Assembly (NCBI GenBank): GCA_963768855.1
Contig: CAVYJM010000010.1
Location: 96,001 to 160,000, forward strand
From: an uncultured Thermoplasmata archaeon
Lineage (GTDB): Archaea; Thermoplasmatota; Thermoplasmata; RBG-16-68-12
Direction of reading: 5' to 3'
Length of the DNA: 64,000 nt
Shown here: positions 1 to 8,466 of the stretch, piece after piece
Position numbering within the stretch: the first letter of the stretch is position 1
Layout: each line of letters opens with the position of its first letter
The notes under the pieces: generated by a model
What the model saw: the letters and a program-made list of their open reading frames with translations, nothing else
Told to the model about the DNA's origin: nothing
The model's database searches: none
Position numbers and translations under genes: made by a program

Positions 1-582
1 CCGGAAGATCCGGTTCTCAAGAAGTCCGTCCTCCAGGAGGTCGACGGCTCGGCGGCGCCCCACACGGTCTTTGCGAGCAACACGTCCTCGATCGGAATCG
101 GGGAGCTCGCCTCGGCGACCCGCCGTCCGGACCGGTTCGTCGGGATGCACTTCTTCAATCCGGTCCCGGTGATGAAGCTCGTGGAGGTCGTCCGTGGCAA
201 GTCGACGAGCGAGGAAACGATGCGGCTCGCCCTGGAGGTGTGCGCCCGGATGGGGAAGACCGCGGTCGAGGTGCACGATTTTCCCGGCTTCGTCTCGAAC
301 CGCGTCCTCATGCCCATGATCAACGAGGCCATCCTCGCCCTCCAGGAGGGCGTGGCGACCCGTGAGGCCATCGACACGGTGATGCGGCTCGGGGCCAACC
401 ACCCGATGGGGCCGCTGGAGCTCGCCGACTTCATCGGGCTCGACACCTGCCAAAACATCATGGAGGTCCTGCAGGAAGGGTTCCACAGCGAGAAGTACGC
501 GCCCGCTCCCCTCCTTCGCCGGATGGTGTCCCAGGGGAAGCTGGGGAAGAAGGCCGGCCACGGCTTCTACGACTACCCGTGA
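1..582 (+). CDS. hbd: 3-hydroxyacyl-CoA (3-hydroxybutyryl-CoA) dehydrogenase, 5' truncated by window edge
   Basis: Frame is open from base 1 (PEDPVLKKSVLQEVD...FASNTSSI...RFVGMHFFNPVPVMKLVEV); also GFVSNR and HPMGPLELADFIGLD motifs. Confidence 0.93.
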   Translation, partial: PEDPVLKKSVLQEVDGSAAPHTVFASNTSSIGIGELASATRRPDRFVGMHFFNPVPVMKLVEVVRGKSTSEETMRLALEVCARMGKTAVEVHDFPGFVSNRVLMPMINEAILALQEGVATREAIDTVMRLGANHPMGPLELADFIGLDTCQNIMEVLQEGFHSEKYAPAPLLRRMVSQGKLGKKAGHGFYDYP

Positions 583-606
583 GGCCCGATGGCCGCGCGA
601 GTCGGG

Positions 607-852
607 TCAGCGCTGGCTGCCGAACAGTCTCTGCAGGATGGACGGGCCCGTGGGCGAAGACGCCGTCGTGATGTACTTGCCTGCGGTGGCCTGGTTCGTC
701 CGATTCGTCGAGGCCGCCTTGACGAGCCCCTGCAGCCCCTTCTTCTGGGTCGCCGCAAGGACGAAGGCGCCGACCAACGCGCCGGCTCCGGCCAGGGTCA
801 GGAATTGTCGTCGGCTCATCTCGCGCGTCCGTGTGTTCTGCTGCGTCGCCAT
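607..852 (-). CDS. Small (81 aa) protein with twin-arginine (Tat) signal-like N-terminus
   Basis: MATQQNTRTREMSRRQFLTLAGAGALVGAFVLAA; SRRxFL motif plus hydrophobic stretch; GAGGGG RBS before ATG at 852; TTTATA box about 60 nt upstream. Confidence 0.7.
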   Translation of the reverse strand: MATQQNTRTREMSRRQFLTLAGAGALVGAFVLAATQKKGLQGLVKAASTNRTNQATAGKYITTASSPTGPSILQRLFGSQR

Positions 853-1078
853 CGAAATCCCCTCGCGGCCTTCGGCTTTCCGCGCTTCCGCCGATTCAAG
901 GACCACGTGGTATAAACCGTTTACGCACGCATCCCACCCACTCGGCGACCGGCTCTCTTCGGCGGCCGCCCCGGGCACTTGGCTCGTCCGAGTCTCCGGT
1001 TCGGGCGCCTCTCCCGCAAGCCTTTTTTAGCGCACCTCCTATACCTCGTGATTTCCGAGGGTCTCACGAGGACGGGGC

Positions 1079-4000
1079 ATGTTACATAGAGTGAAGAAAG
1101 CCGCCACGAAGGACGAGGTCCTCGGCCTCCTCCAGCCCCTTCTCCGGGACTGGTTCACCGCCAAGTTCGCGGGGCTCACGGAGCCGCAGTCCTACGCCGT
1201 GCCCCTCATCCACGCGCGGAAGAACGTCCTCGTGTCCTCGCCCACGGGCAGCGGGAAGACCCTGACCGCATTCTTGTCCGTGATCAACGAGCTGTACGCG
1301 AAGCAGCTCCGTGGCGAGCTGGAGAACCGGATCTACTGTCTGTACGTCTCCCCGCTCAAGGCGCTCGCGAACGACATCAACCGCAACCTCGAGGAACCCC
1401 TGCAGGAGATCACGGCACTCGCGACGAAGGAGGGCCAGCCCCTGCCCGAGATCCGCGTCGCGGTCCGGAGCGGCGACACCTCGGCTCAGGATCGACAGAA
1501 GCAGGTCCGCAGGCCGCCGCACATCTTCATCACGACGCCGGAGAGCCTGGCGATCATCCTGAGCACCCCGAAGTTCCGGGAGGCCTTCTCGAAGGTCGAG
1601 TGGGTCATCATCGACGAGATCCACGAGCTCTGCTCGTCGAAGCGCGGCGCCCTCCTTTCCGTCGGCCTCGAGCGCCTCCGCCAGCAGACGGGACGGGATT
1701 TCGTGCGGATCGGCCTGAGCGCCACGATCGCGCCGATCGAGGAGGAGGCGAAGTTCCTCGCCGGATACGAGGGCGGCAAGGTGCGGGACATGCACATCGT
1801 CGAGGTCGACACCCGCAAGTCCCTCGACCTCTCCGTCCTGTGCCCGGTCCGGGACATGACCGCGGTCCCCATGGACGTCGCGAACGCCCGGATGTACGAT
1901 TTGCTGAGCGACCTGATCGACCAGCACCGCACGACGCTCATCTTCACGAACACCCGCAGCGGGACGGAGCATGTTTCCTTCAAGCTCAAGGAGCGCGGCG
2001 TCGAGGACCTCGAGGCCCATCACGGTTCCCTCTCCAAGGTCACCCGCCTGGATGTGGAGCAGAAACTGAAGGATGGCCTGCTCAAGGCCGCCGTCTCGTC
2101 CACGTCGCTGGAGCTCGGGATCGACATTGGGTACATCGACCTCGTCGTGCAGATCGGCTCCCCGAAGAGCGTGGCGAAGGGCCTCCAGCGGATCGGCCGC
2201 GCGGGTCACGCGTACGGGGAGACGGCGAAGGGCCGGATGATCGCCTTCGAGCCCTGGGATCTCATCGAGTGCGCCACGCTTTCCAAGGCGGCGTACGACG
2301 GCCGCATCGACCGCGTCGACATCCCGAAGAACCCCCTGGACGTCCTCGCACAGGCGCTCGTCGCCATGTCGCTCGAGCAGCGCTGGAGCGTGGACGAGGC
2401 CTACGAGCTCGTGAAGCGGTCGTCCTCCTTCCACGACCTGCCGAAGAAGGACTTCCTGGCCGTAATCGACTATCTGTCGTCCCGCAACCCCGACATCAAG
2501 GTCTTCGCGAAGATCTGGTTCGACGAGGCCGAGGGCCGGTTCGGGAAGAAGAAAGGCACCCGCATGATCTACTACACGAACGTCGGGACGATCCCCGAGG
2601 AGGGGACGTACCACGTGTATTCGGAGCGCGGGACGCCCCTCGGCGAGCTGAGCGAGCGGTTCGTCGAGTACCTGAGCCCCGGCGACGTGTTCGTCCTCGG
2701 CGGCCGCACATATCAGTTCGCGCGGGCCCGCGGGACCTCCGTGTACGTGAAGGACGCCTCGGGCCGCCGGCCCACGGTGCCCTCCTGGACCGGGGAGATG
2801 CTCCCGCGCTCCTTCGACCTCTCCGTGCAGGTGGGGAGGTTCCGGCGGGACCTGGCCGCGAAGATCGACAAGGACGGGGAGAAGGCCGCGCGGGAATGGC
2901 TTGCGCAGGAGTACCGCGTCGACGAGGGGTCCGCGAACTCCCTCGTCTCCTACGTGCAGGAGCAGCGCGCGCTCCTCCCGGACCTGCCGACGGACGAGCA
3001 GGTGCTCCTCGAGGGCTTCATCGACGAGAAGGGCAACCGGAACATCGTCTTCCACTTCCCGTTCGGCCGCCGCGTGAATGACGCGCTGAGCCGAGCGTAC
3101 GCGTTCGCGATCACAGAGAAGCAGCACACGAACGTGCGCGTGAGCGTGACGGATGACAACTTCATGCTCACCGTCCCGAAGCGGATTGAGATCCACGACC
3201 TCGTGAAGCTCGTGTCGAGCGAGAGCCTGGAGGACCGGCTGCGCAAGGCGATCAAGAACACGGAGCTGTTCAAGCAGCGCTTCCGGCACTGCGCGACGCG
3301 GTCGTTCATGGTCCTCCGGAACTACAAGGGGCGGGAGGTCTCGATCGGCCGGCAGCAGCTGCGTTCTCAGCGCGTCCTCGACTGGCTCCATGAGATTGAG
3401 GATTTCCCGGTCATCAAGGAGACGTACAGCGAGATCCTCCACTCGGTCATGGACCTAGACCACGCCCGGGAGGTCCTCCAGGCCATCGAGGCCGGGACGA
3501 TCCGCGTCAAGGAGACGGACTTCAGCGGCCTGCCGTCGCCGTTCGCCCACAACGTCGTCCTGCAGGGCGTCTCCGACCTCGTCCTCATGGAGGACCGCTC
3601 CGCCCTCCTCCGCGAGCTGCACCGGAAGGTCCTCGAGCGCGTCATGCCCGCGGACCAGATCACCGCGATCCAGTTCAAGCCGGCCGAAGTCCAGGAGTAC
3701 TTCCGGAAGAAGCTCCCGCGGATCGCCTGCAAGGAGGACATCCTCTCCTTCCTCGACCGCGTCGGGGACGCGAACCTGCTGCAGCAGAAGGGCCGCAATC
3801 CCCTGGAGCATGCGACCGCTTCCTTCCCAGACGTGCGCAAGTGGTCCGGGGCGCTGATGGACGAAGGCCTCGTCGAGAGCGTCTGGACCCCGCAGGGTGT
3901 GCACTGGTCGCCGAAGGAGCTCGTGCCCACGTACGCGGCGGTCTACGCGCAGCGCTCGCGCCTGCGGCCGCCCGAGGAGAAGCTCCTCAAGCTCATCCAG

Positions 4001-6487
4001 GAGAAGCCGCGGACCCACAAGGAGCTCGCGCGCCTCTCCAAGCTCGAGAAAGACGACCTGAACGAGGCGCTCCGGAAGCTCGAGCGCGCCTACCTCGTCG
4101 GCCGCAAGGGCGTCGAGGAGACCGTCTACGGCGCGCGGGAGGTCGAACGCGCGAAGTTCGAGGAGGCCCTCGACCGCCTCCTGACGAAACGCCTCGAGGC
4201 GGACGGTCCGCAATCCGCGCAGGAGCTCGCGGTGGCCATGGGCCTCGAGACCGACCTCGTGGAGGAGACCCTCCGCGACCTCGAGGCGGAGAGCGTCGTG
4301 ACCTCGGGCCACTTCCTCGTCGACAAGGAATTCCAGTACATGATGACCCGCGACCTCCAGCACCTCCAGCGGAAGGGCGAGACTCGCGAGGTATTCGAGG
4401 AGGGCCAGCTCAAGGCATTCCTCCTGCGGAAGCAGTTCGCGGACATCCGCACGATCGACGACTACTTCGACCGCTTCCTCGAGGTCGGGATGATCCTGGA
4501 CCTCTGGAACCATGCGTCCGCGTTCGACTACGTGGAGTGGCTCGAGCGCCGCAAGAAGGGAGACATCCTCGAGGGCCGCTTCCTGAACGGTCGCGTGCGC
4601 TACGTACGGGCGAAGGACGTTCCCCTGTTCCTCTCCGCGTTCCCCCGGAGCCCTCTCACGGACCTCGAGCAACGCGTCCTGGACGTCATCCGGTCCACGG
4701 AGGGCGTCGACCTCTACCGGATCGTCGCACGCGTGCGGGAGGAGAAGGAGAAGGTGAAGGAGGCCCTGGACAAGCTCGACTACGACGTCTACGTGATCCG
4801 CAAGTTCCAGGGGGACGGATGGAGCGCGCGGAACCTCTATCTGGCCTACGATCCGCCGAAGGAGGCGGTCCCCGACGCGGTGGAGAAGCTCGTGCGGTCC
4901 TTCCTGGCGGCGTACGGCCCCGTGCCGTTCTCCGGCATCCGGGAGTGGGCCCGGTTCGAGTGGGACGAGCTCGAGATGCTCCTCGACCGCCTGGAGGACC
5001 AGGGGGTCGTCACGCGCATCCTGATCACGGGCAAGGGCGAGACGGAGATGTACGTCCTCGCGGACGAACTCCCATTGCTCCGCGCCGCGCCCGCCGGCGC
5101 CGAGGATCCGATGCGGGTCCTCTCTCTCATGGACCCGTGGACCCAGCCGCTCTGGGCCCAGGTGGCGAGCCGCTACGGGGAGGGCTGGTTCTTCCCCCTC
5201 GTGCAGGACGGCGACCTCGCCGGCATGGCGGAGATCTGGGAAATGAGCGGATGCATCGAGGTCCGCGAGCTCGACCTCGTCGGACCGGACATGCTTGAAC
5301 CCGCCATTGCGGCGCTCGGCCGCATGATGCAGTACCACGCGGTGCGCGGCGTCGACGTGCTCCGGGTCACCCGGTTCCTCGGAAAGGACGTGCCCGACGC
5401 GGAGGACATCTCACGCTGGACGAAGGCCGGCTTCGTCCGCCTCGGCGACTTCCTCGCACACGGTCCGATCGTCCCGAGGGACTTCGACAAGGAGAACCTC
5501 CTCGCGTACGCCTTCCAGAAACAGGGGCTCGCACCGGACCACCAGTTCCCGGACGCACTCGAAGCCTCGAAGGCCCTCGGCGGCCTGCGCTCGGACTACG
5601 CCGCGCGCCTTCGGGTGAAGGACTTCGTCCCCCTGGAGCGCCTGCACCGCCAGGGCCTCCTGGCGAAGGGGCTCGCAATCCCGGAGTACTGGTCCTACCT
5701 GCTCGAGGAGGACCTTCGGCTCTACAAGGCCGCGAAGGCCTCACGCCCGACGAAGGATGAGAAGCACGTCCTCAAGATCGTCGCGGAAGAAGGACCGATT
5801 TCACGGCAGCAGCTCCTCGCCCTGTCCGACCTGAGCTACTCCACGACCACGGAGGCCCTCCGAAAGCTCTACAAGGGCAACCACGTCACGCGGGACGCAG
5901 GGAACCGGTACCGGCACGTGCCGGACCTGAAGATCTCCCAGGAGGAGGCTCGAAAGGAGGTCCTGCGGCGGATCATCCGCAGCCTCGGGGTGACCTCCGC
6001 CGAGTCCCTGGCCGCCTACACGCGCTTCGAGTTCAACATGGGCGAGACGCGGCAGCGGCTGAGGGAGTTCGAGCGGGAGGGTTGGCTCACGAAGGGCTTC
6101 CTGGCGCGCGGCGAGCGCACGGTCTACTGGATTCTCAAGGAGGACATCGACCGCGTGGAACACGCGTCGTTCCGGAGGAAGTTCGTCCTCACGCCGATGG
6201 ACAACCTGTTCCTCTACCTGCGGCAGGAAATCGTGAACAGGTTCCACTCCGGCTACTGCTACGTCGTGTTCGGCGGCACGGAGATGGCCGGCTCGTTCAA
6301 GGCCCGCCGCAGGAAGACCGAGTTCGTGATCACGGAATTCGAGGGCGAGCCGGACGCGCGCCGGATTGTGGATGCGTGGCAGGAGGAGAACGAGCTCGCG
6401 GTCCACGAGGAAGTCGACCGGATTTCGGACCACGAGGTCATGGAGTGGTTCGCGAAGATGTATGGACGGGGTGCGGCGGAGCGATGA
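1079..6487 (+). CDS. lhr: Lhr-family ATP-dependent SF2 helicase with a very long C-terminal winged-helix (HTH_42/AlkZ-like) extension
   Basis: SPTGSGKT (motif I), YVSPLKALAND, TTPESL, IIDEIHE, GLSAT, AHHGSLS, SLELGIDIG, LQRIGRAGH; Lhr domain 4 motifs (LGELSERF, PSWTGE, HFPFGRRVNDAL); about 900 extra aa. Confidence 0.93.
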   Translation: MLHRVKKAATKDEVLGLLQPLLRDWFTAKFAGLTEPQSYAVPLIHARKNVLVSSPTGSGKTLTAFLSVINELYAKQLRGELENRIYCLYVSPLKALANDINRNLEEPLQEITALATKEGQPLPEIRVAVRSGDTSAQDRQKQVRRPPHIFITTPESLAIILSTPKFREAFSKVEWVIIDEIHELCSSKRGALLSVGLERLRQQTGRDFVRIGLSATIAPIEEEAKFLAGYEGGKVRDMHIVEVDTRKSLDLSVLCPVRDMTAVPMDVANARMYDLLSDLIDQHRTTLIFTNTRSGTEHVSFKLKERGVEDLEAHHGSLSKVTRLDVEQKLKDGLLKAAVSSTSLELGIDIGYIDLVVQIGSPKSVAKGLQRIGRAGHAYGETAKGRMIAFEPWDLIECATLSKAAYDGRIDRVDIPKNPLDVLAQALVAMSLEQRWSVDEAYELVKRSSSFHDLPKKDFLAVIDYLSSRNPDIKVFAKIWFDEAEGRFGKKKGTRMIYYTNVGTIPEEGTYHVYSERGTPLGELSERFVEYLSPGDVFVLGGRTYQFARARGTSVYVKDASGRRPTVPSWTGEMLPRSFDLSVQVGRFRRDLAAKIDKDGEKAAREWLAQEYRVDEGSANSLVSYVQEQRALLPDLPTDEQVLLEGFIDEKGNRNIVFHFPFGRRVNDALSRAYAFAITEKQHTNVRVSVTDDNFMLTVPKRIEIHDLVKLVSSESLEDRLRKAIKNTELFKQRFRHCATRSFMVLRNYKGREVSIGRQQLRSQRVLDWLHEIEDFPVIKETYSEILHSVMDLDHAREVLQAIEAGTIRVKETDFSGLPSPFAHNVVLQGVSDLVLMEDRSALLRELHRKVLERVMPADQITAIQFKPAEVQEYFRKKLPRIACKEDILSFLDRVGDANLLQQKGRNPLEHATASFPDVRKWSGALMDEGLVESVWTPQGVHWSPKELVPTYAAVYAQRSRLRPPEEKLLKLIQEKPRTHKELARLSKLEKDDLNEALRKLERAYLVGRKGVEETVYGAREVERAKFEEALDRLLTKRLEADGPQSAQELAVAMGLETDLVEETLRDLEAESVVTSGHFLVDKEFQYMMTRDLQHLQRKGETREVFEEGQLKAFLLRKQFADIRTIDDYFDRFLEVGMILDLWNHASAFDYVEWLERRKKGDILEGRFLNGRVRYVRAKDVPLFLSAFPRSPLTDLEQRVLDVIRSTEGVDLYRIVARVREEKEKVKEALDKLDYDVYVIRKFQGDGWSARNLYLAYDPPKEAVPDAVEKLVRSFLAAYGPVPFSGIREWARFEWDELEMLLDRLEDQGVVTRILITGKGETEMYVLADELPLLRAAPAGAEDPMRVLSLMDPWTQPLWAQVASRYGEGWFFPLVQDGDLAGMAEIWEMSGCIEVRELDLVGPDMLEPAIAALGRMMQYHAVRGVDVLRVTRFLGKDVPDAEDISRWTKAGFVRLGDFLAHGPIVPRDFDKENLLAYAFQKQGLAPDHQFPDALEASKALGGLRSDYAARLRVKDFVPLERLHRQGLLAKGLAIPEYWSYLLEEDLRLYKAAKASRPTKDEKHVLKIVAEEGPISRQQLLALSDLSYSTTTEALRKLYKGNHVTRDAGNRYRHVPDLKISQEEARKEVLRRIIRSLGVTSAESLAAYTRFEFNMGETRQRLREFEREGWLTKGFLARGERTVYWILKEDIDRVEHASFRRKFVLTPMDNLFLYLRQEIVNRFHSGYCYVVFGGTEMAGSFKARRRKTEFVITEFEGEPDARRIVDAWQEENELAVHEEVDRISDHEVMEWFAKMYGRGAAER

Positions 6488-6894
6488 CCGTCTTCGCGAT
6501 CGACACGGTCGCGGTGGTCGTGGCGGACGCGAAGAAGGCGATCCCCTGGTATCGTGACGTCCTCGGCTTGGAGGTGACCTACATCGGACCGCCCACGGCT
6601 CGAGCCGATCCCCTCATCCAGGGAACACCCGACCATCCCGGCCATTGGATTGAACTCGGTCCCCGTCGCCCACGGACTCGCGTCCACCTCTGTGAACTAG
6701 ATGGGAAGACCGAACCCGGGCCCACCGGGATCACGCTGCTGACGGACGACATCCGCTCGGAGTACGACCGGCTGCGCGCCAAGGGCGTCCACTTCCTGTA
6801 TCCGCCGCAGAAGATGGAGTGGGGCGAATGGCTCTGCGCCCTCGTGGATCCGGACGGGAACGAGTTCGACCTGAAGCAGCCCGCGACGGATTGA
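6484..6894 (+). CDS. VOC / glyoxalase-bleomycin resistance family protein
   Basis: IDTVAVVVADAKKAIPWYRDVLGL ... ITLLTDDIRSEYDRLRAKGV ... MEWGEWLCALVDPDGNEFDL; ATGA overlap with the lhr stop. Confidence 0.88.
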   Translation: MTVFAIDTVAVVVADAKKAIPWYRDVLGLEVTYIGPPTARADPLIQGTPDHPGHWIELGPRRPRTRVHLCELDGKTEPGPTGITLLTDDIRSEYDRLRAKGVHFLYPPQKMEWGEWLCALVDPDGNEFDLKQPATD

Positions 6895-6938
6895 CCCCTG
6901 GGCAACCTTTATCGCGGGACGGTCCATGGGAGACCCCG

Positions 6939-8153
6939 ATGGCGATCGAAGAGGTCCTGGCCCGTCTCGACAGGATGCGCGACGACATGGTCTCGACCCT
7001 CACGGACCTGTGCCGCATCCCCGCCATCGGACCGACGAACGGAGGGGAGGGCGAGGCCAAGAAGGCCGCCTTCGTCCAAGGGCTCCTGAAGGACTTGGGC
7101 CTCAAGGTCGAACGGTTCGACGCCCCGGACAAGCGCGTGCCGGGCGGGAAGCGGCCGAACCTCATCGCCCGCGTGGGAAAGGGGCCGCGCTTGTGGTTCC
7201 TCTGCCACATGGACATCGTGCCCCCGGGAGACCGCAAGGGCTGGCGGTGCGACCCCTTCGATCCCAAGCTGATGGACGGTCGTCTCTATGGACGAGGGAC
7301 GGAGGACAACGGGCAAGCCCTCGTGTCCGTCCTCTCCGCATACCAAGTCCTCACCAAGGCGAAGGAGAAGCCCGGACGTGCGCTCGGCTTCGCCCTCGTC
7401 TCCGACGAGGAGACTGGCAGCGCCCTCGGCCTCAAGCATCTTCTCGCCCGAGATCTCTTCGAGGCGAAGGACGCGTTCGTCGTCCCGGACTGGGGCGTAG
7501 CGGGGGGCGACGAGGTCGAAGTCGCGGAGAAGAGCCTCCTCTGGCTCAAGATCACCGTGACGGGCAAGCAGGGGCACGCGAGCACGCCGAACGAGGCGGT
7601 GAATGCGTACCGCGCTGGGGCGTTCCTCCTGACCGCGATTGACGCGAATCTCCCGCGGCGGTTCCCTGCGACGGACCCGATCTTCCGTCCCTGGATTTCG
7701 ACGTTCGAGCCGACGAAGCACGAACCGAACGTCCCGAACGTGAACACGATTCCCGGGGAGGACGTGTTCTATTTCGACTGCCGCATCCTGCCGAAGTATG
7801 CCCCCAAGGAGATCGTGTCCGCGGTCCAGGAGCTCGCGATGCAGACGAACCAGACCTTCGGGGTCCAGGTGAAGGTCGAGGTGACGAACCAGGAGTCGAG
7901 CCCTCCCACTCCGGCGGACGCGCCCATCGTCCGTGAGCTCCTCCGCGTCCTGCGGGATGTCCGGAACCTCCGCGCGAAGCCCGTCGGGATCGGCGGGGGG
8001 ACCGTGGCGGGACCCCTGCGGGAGGAGAAGTTCCCCTGCGCCGTCTGGTCGACGACGGACGAGACGGGTCATACGGTCAACGAATACGCGCGGGTCGACA
8101 ACTTGGTGGCCGACGCGAAGGTGTTCGCGGGCCTCATGCTCGGCCCGGAGTGA
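6939..8153 (+). CDS. M20 family metallopeptidase (DapE/ArgE-like, archaeal type)
   Basis: CHMDIVPPG, GRGTEDNG, DEETGS, GKQGHAS, GHTVNE metal-binding motifs. Confidence 0.9.
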   Translation: MAIEEVLARLDRMRDDMVSTLTDLCRIPAIGPTNGGEGEAKKAAFVQGLLKDLGLKVERFDAPDKRVPGGKRPNLIARVGKGPRLWFLCHMDIVPPGDRKGWRCDPFDPKLMDGRLYGRGTEDNGQALVSVLSAYQVLTKAKEKPGRALGFALVSDEETGSALGLKHLLARDLFEAKDAFVVPDWGVAGGDEVEVAEKSLLWLKITVTGKQGHASTPNEAVNAYRAGAFLLTAIDANLPRRFPATDPIFRPWISTFEPTKHEPNVPNVNTIPGEDVFYFDCRILPKYAPKEIVSAVQELAMQTNQTFGVQVKVEVTNQESSPPTPADAPIVRELLRVLRDVRNLRAKPVGIGGGTVAGPLREEKFPCAVWSTTDETGHTVNEYARVDNLVADAKVFAGLMLGPE

Positions 8154-8381
8154 TCAGGAGGCGCGGGTCGTCGCCACGGCGTCCTTGATCACGACCACGC
8201 TCACGCTGTCCAGAAGGAGATGCGCCCCGCACTTGGGACAGTCGACCCCGTTCCAGGAGTCGGCCGCGCGGCTCGAGTCGAGCGAGATCCGCGTGGACTT
8301 GCAGTACGGGCACAGGAAGCTGACCAGGAGATCCCGGTCCTTGAGTCGGTCGAGCGTCACCTTGTCCACGATGGGTTGCAC
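8154..8381 (-). CDS. Small zinc-ribbon protein (75 aa, CPYC...CPKC)
   Basis: GTG start with GGAGG 7 nt upstream; two CxxC motifs. Confidence 0.7.
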   Translation of the reverse strand: MQPIVDKVTLDRLKDRDLLVSFLCPYCKSTRISLDSSRAADSWNGVDCPKCGAHLLLDSVSVVVIKDAVATTRAS

Positions 8382-8466
8382 GCGGCTGCCTCCGTCCCTG
8401 AGCCGTCTACCTGTTCGCGTTCTTGGCTTATTAAGGCCATGGAACACCTGTCGAAGCTCCGCGGCC

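Noticed and set aside
1082-5338. Very long antisense and alternate-frame ORFs over lhr (786 aa, 627 aa, 493 aa) and similar ones elsewhere (e.g. 7933-10485, 24654-26549, 32831-35176, 42790-45471)
   Set aside because: They are shadow ORFs expected from high GC3, fully overlap well-supported genes, and carry no recognisable motifs
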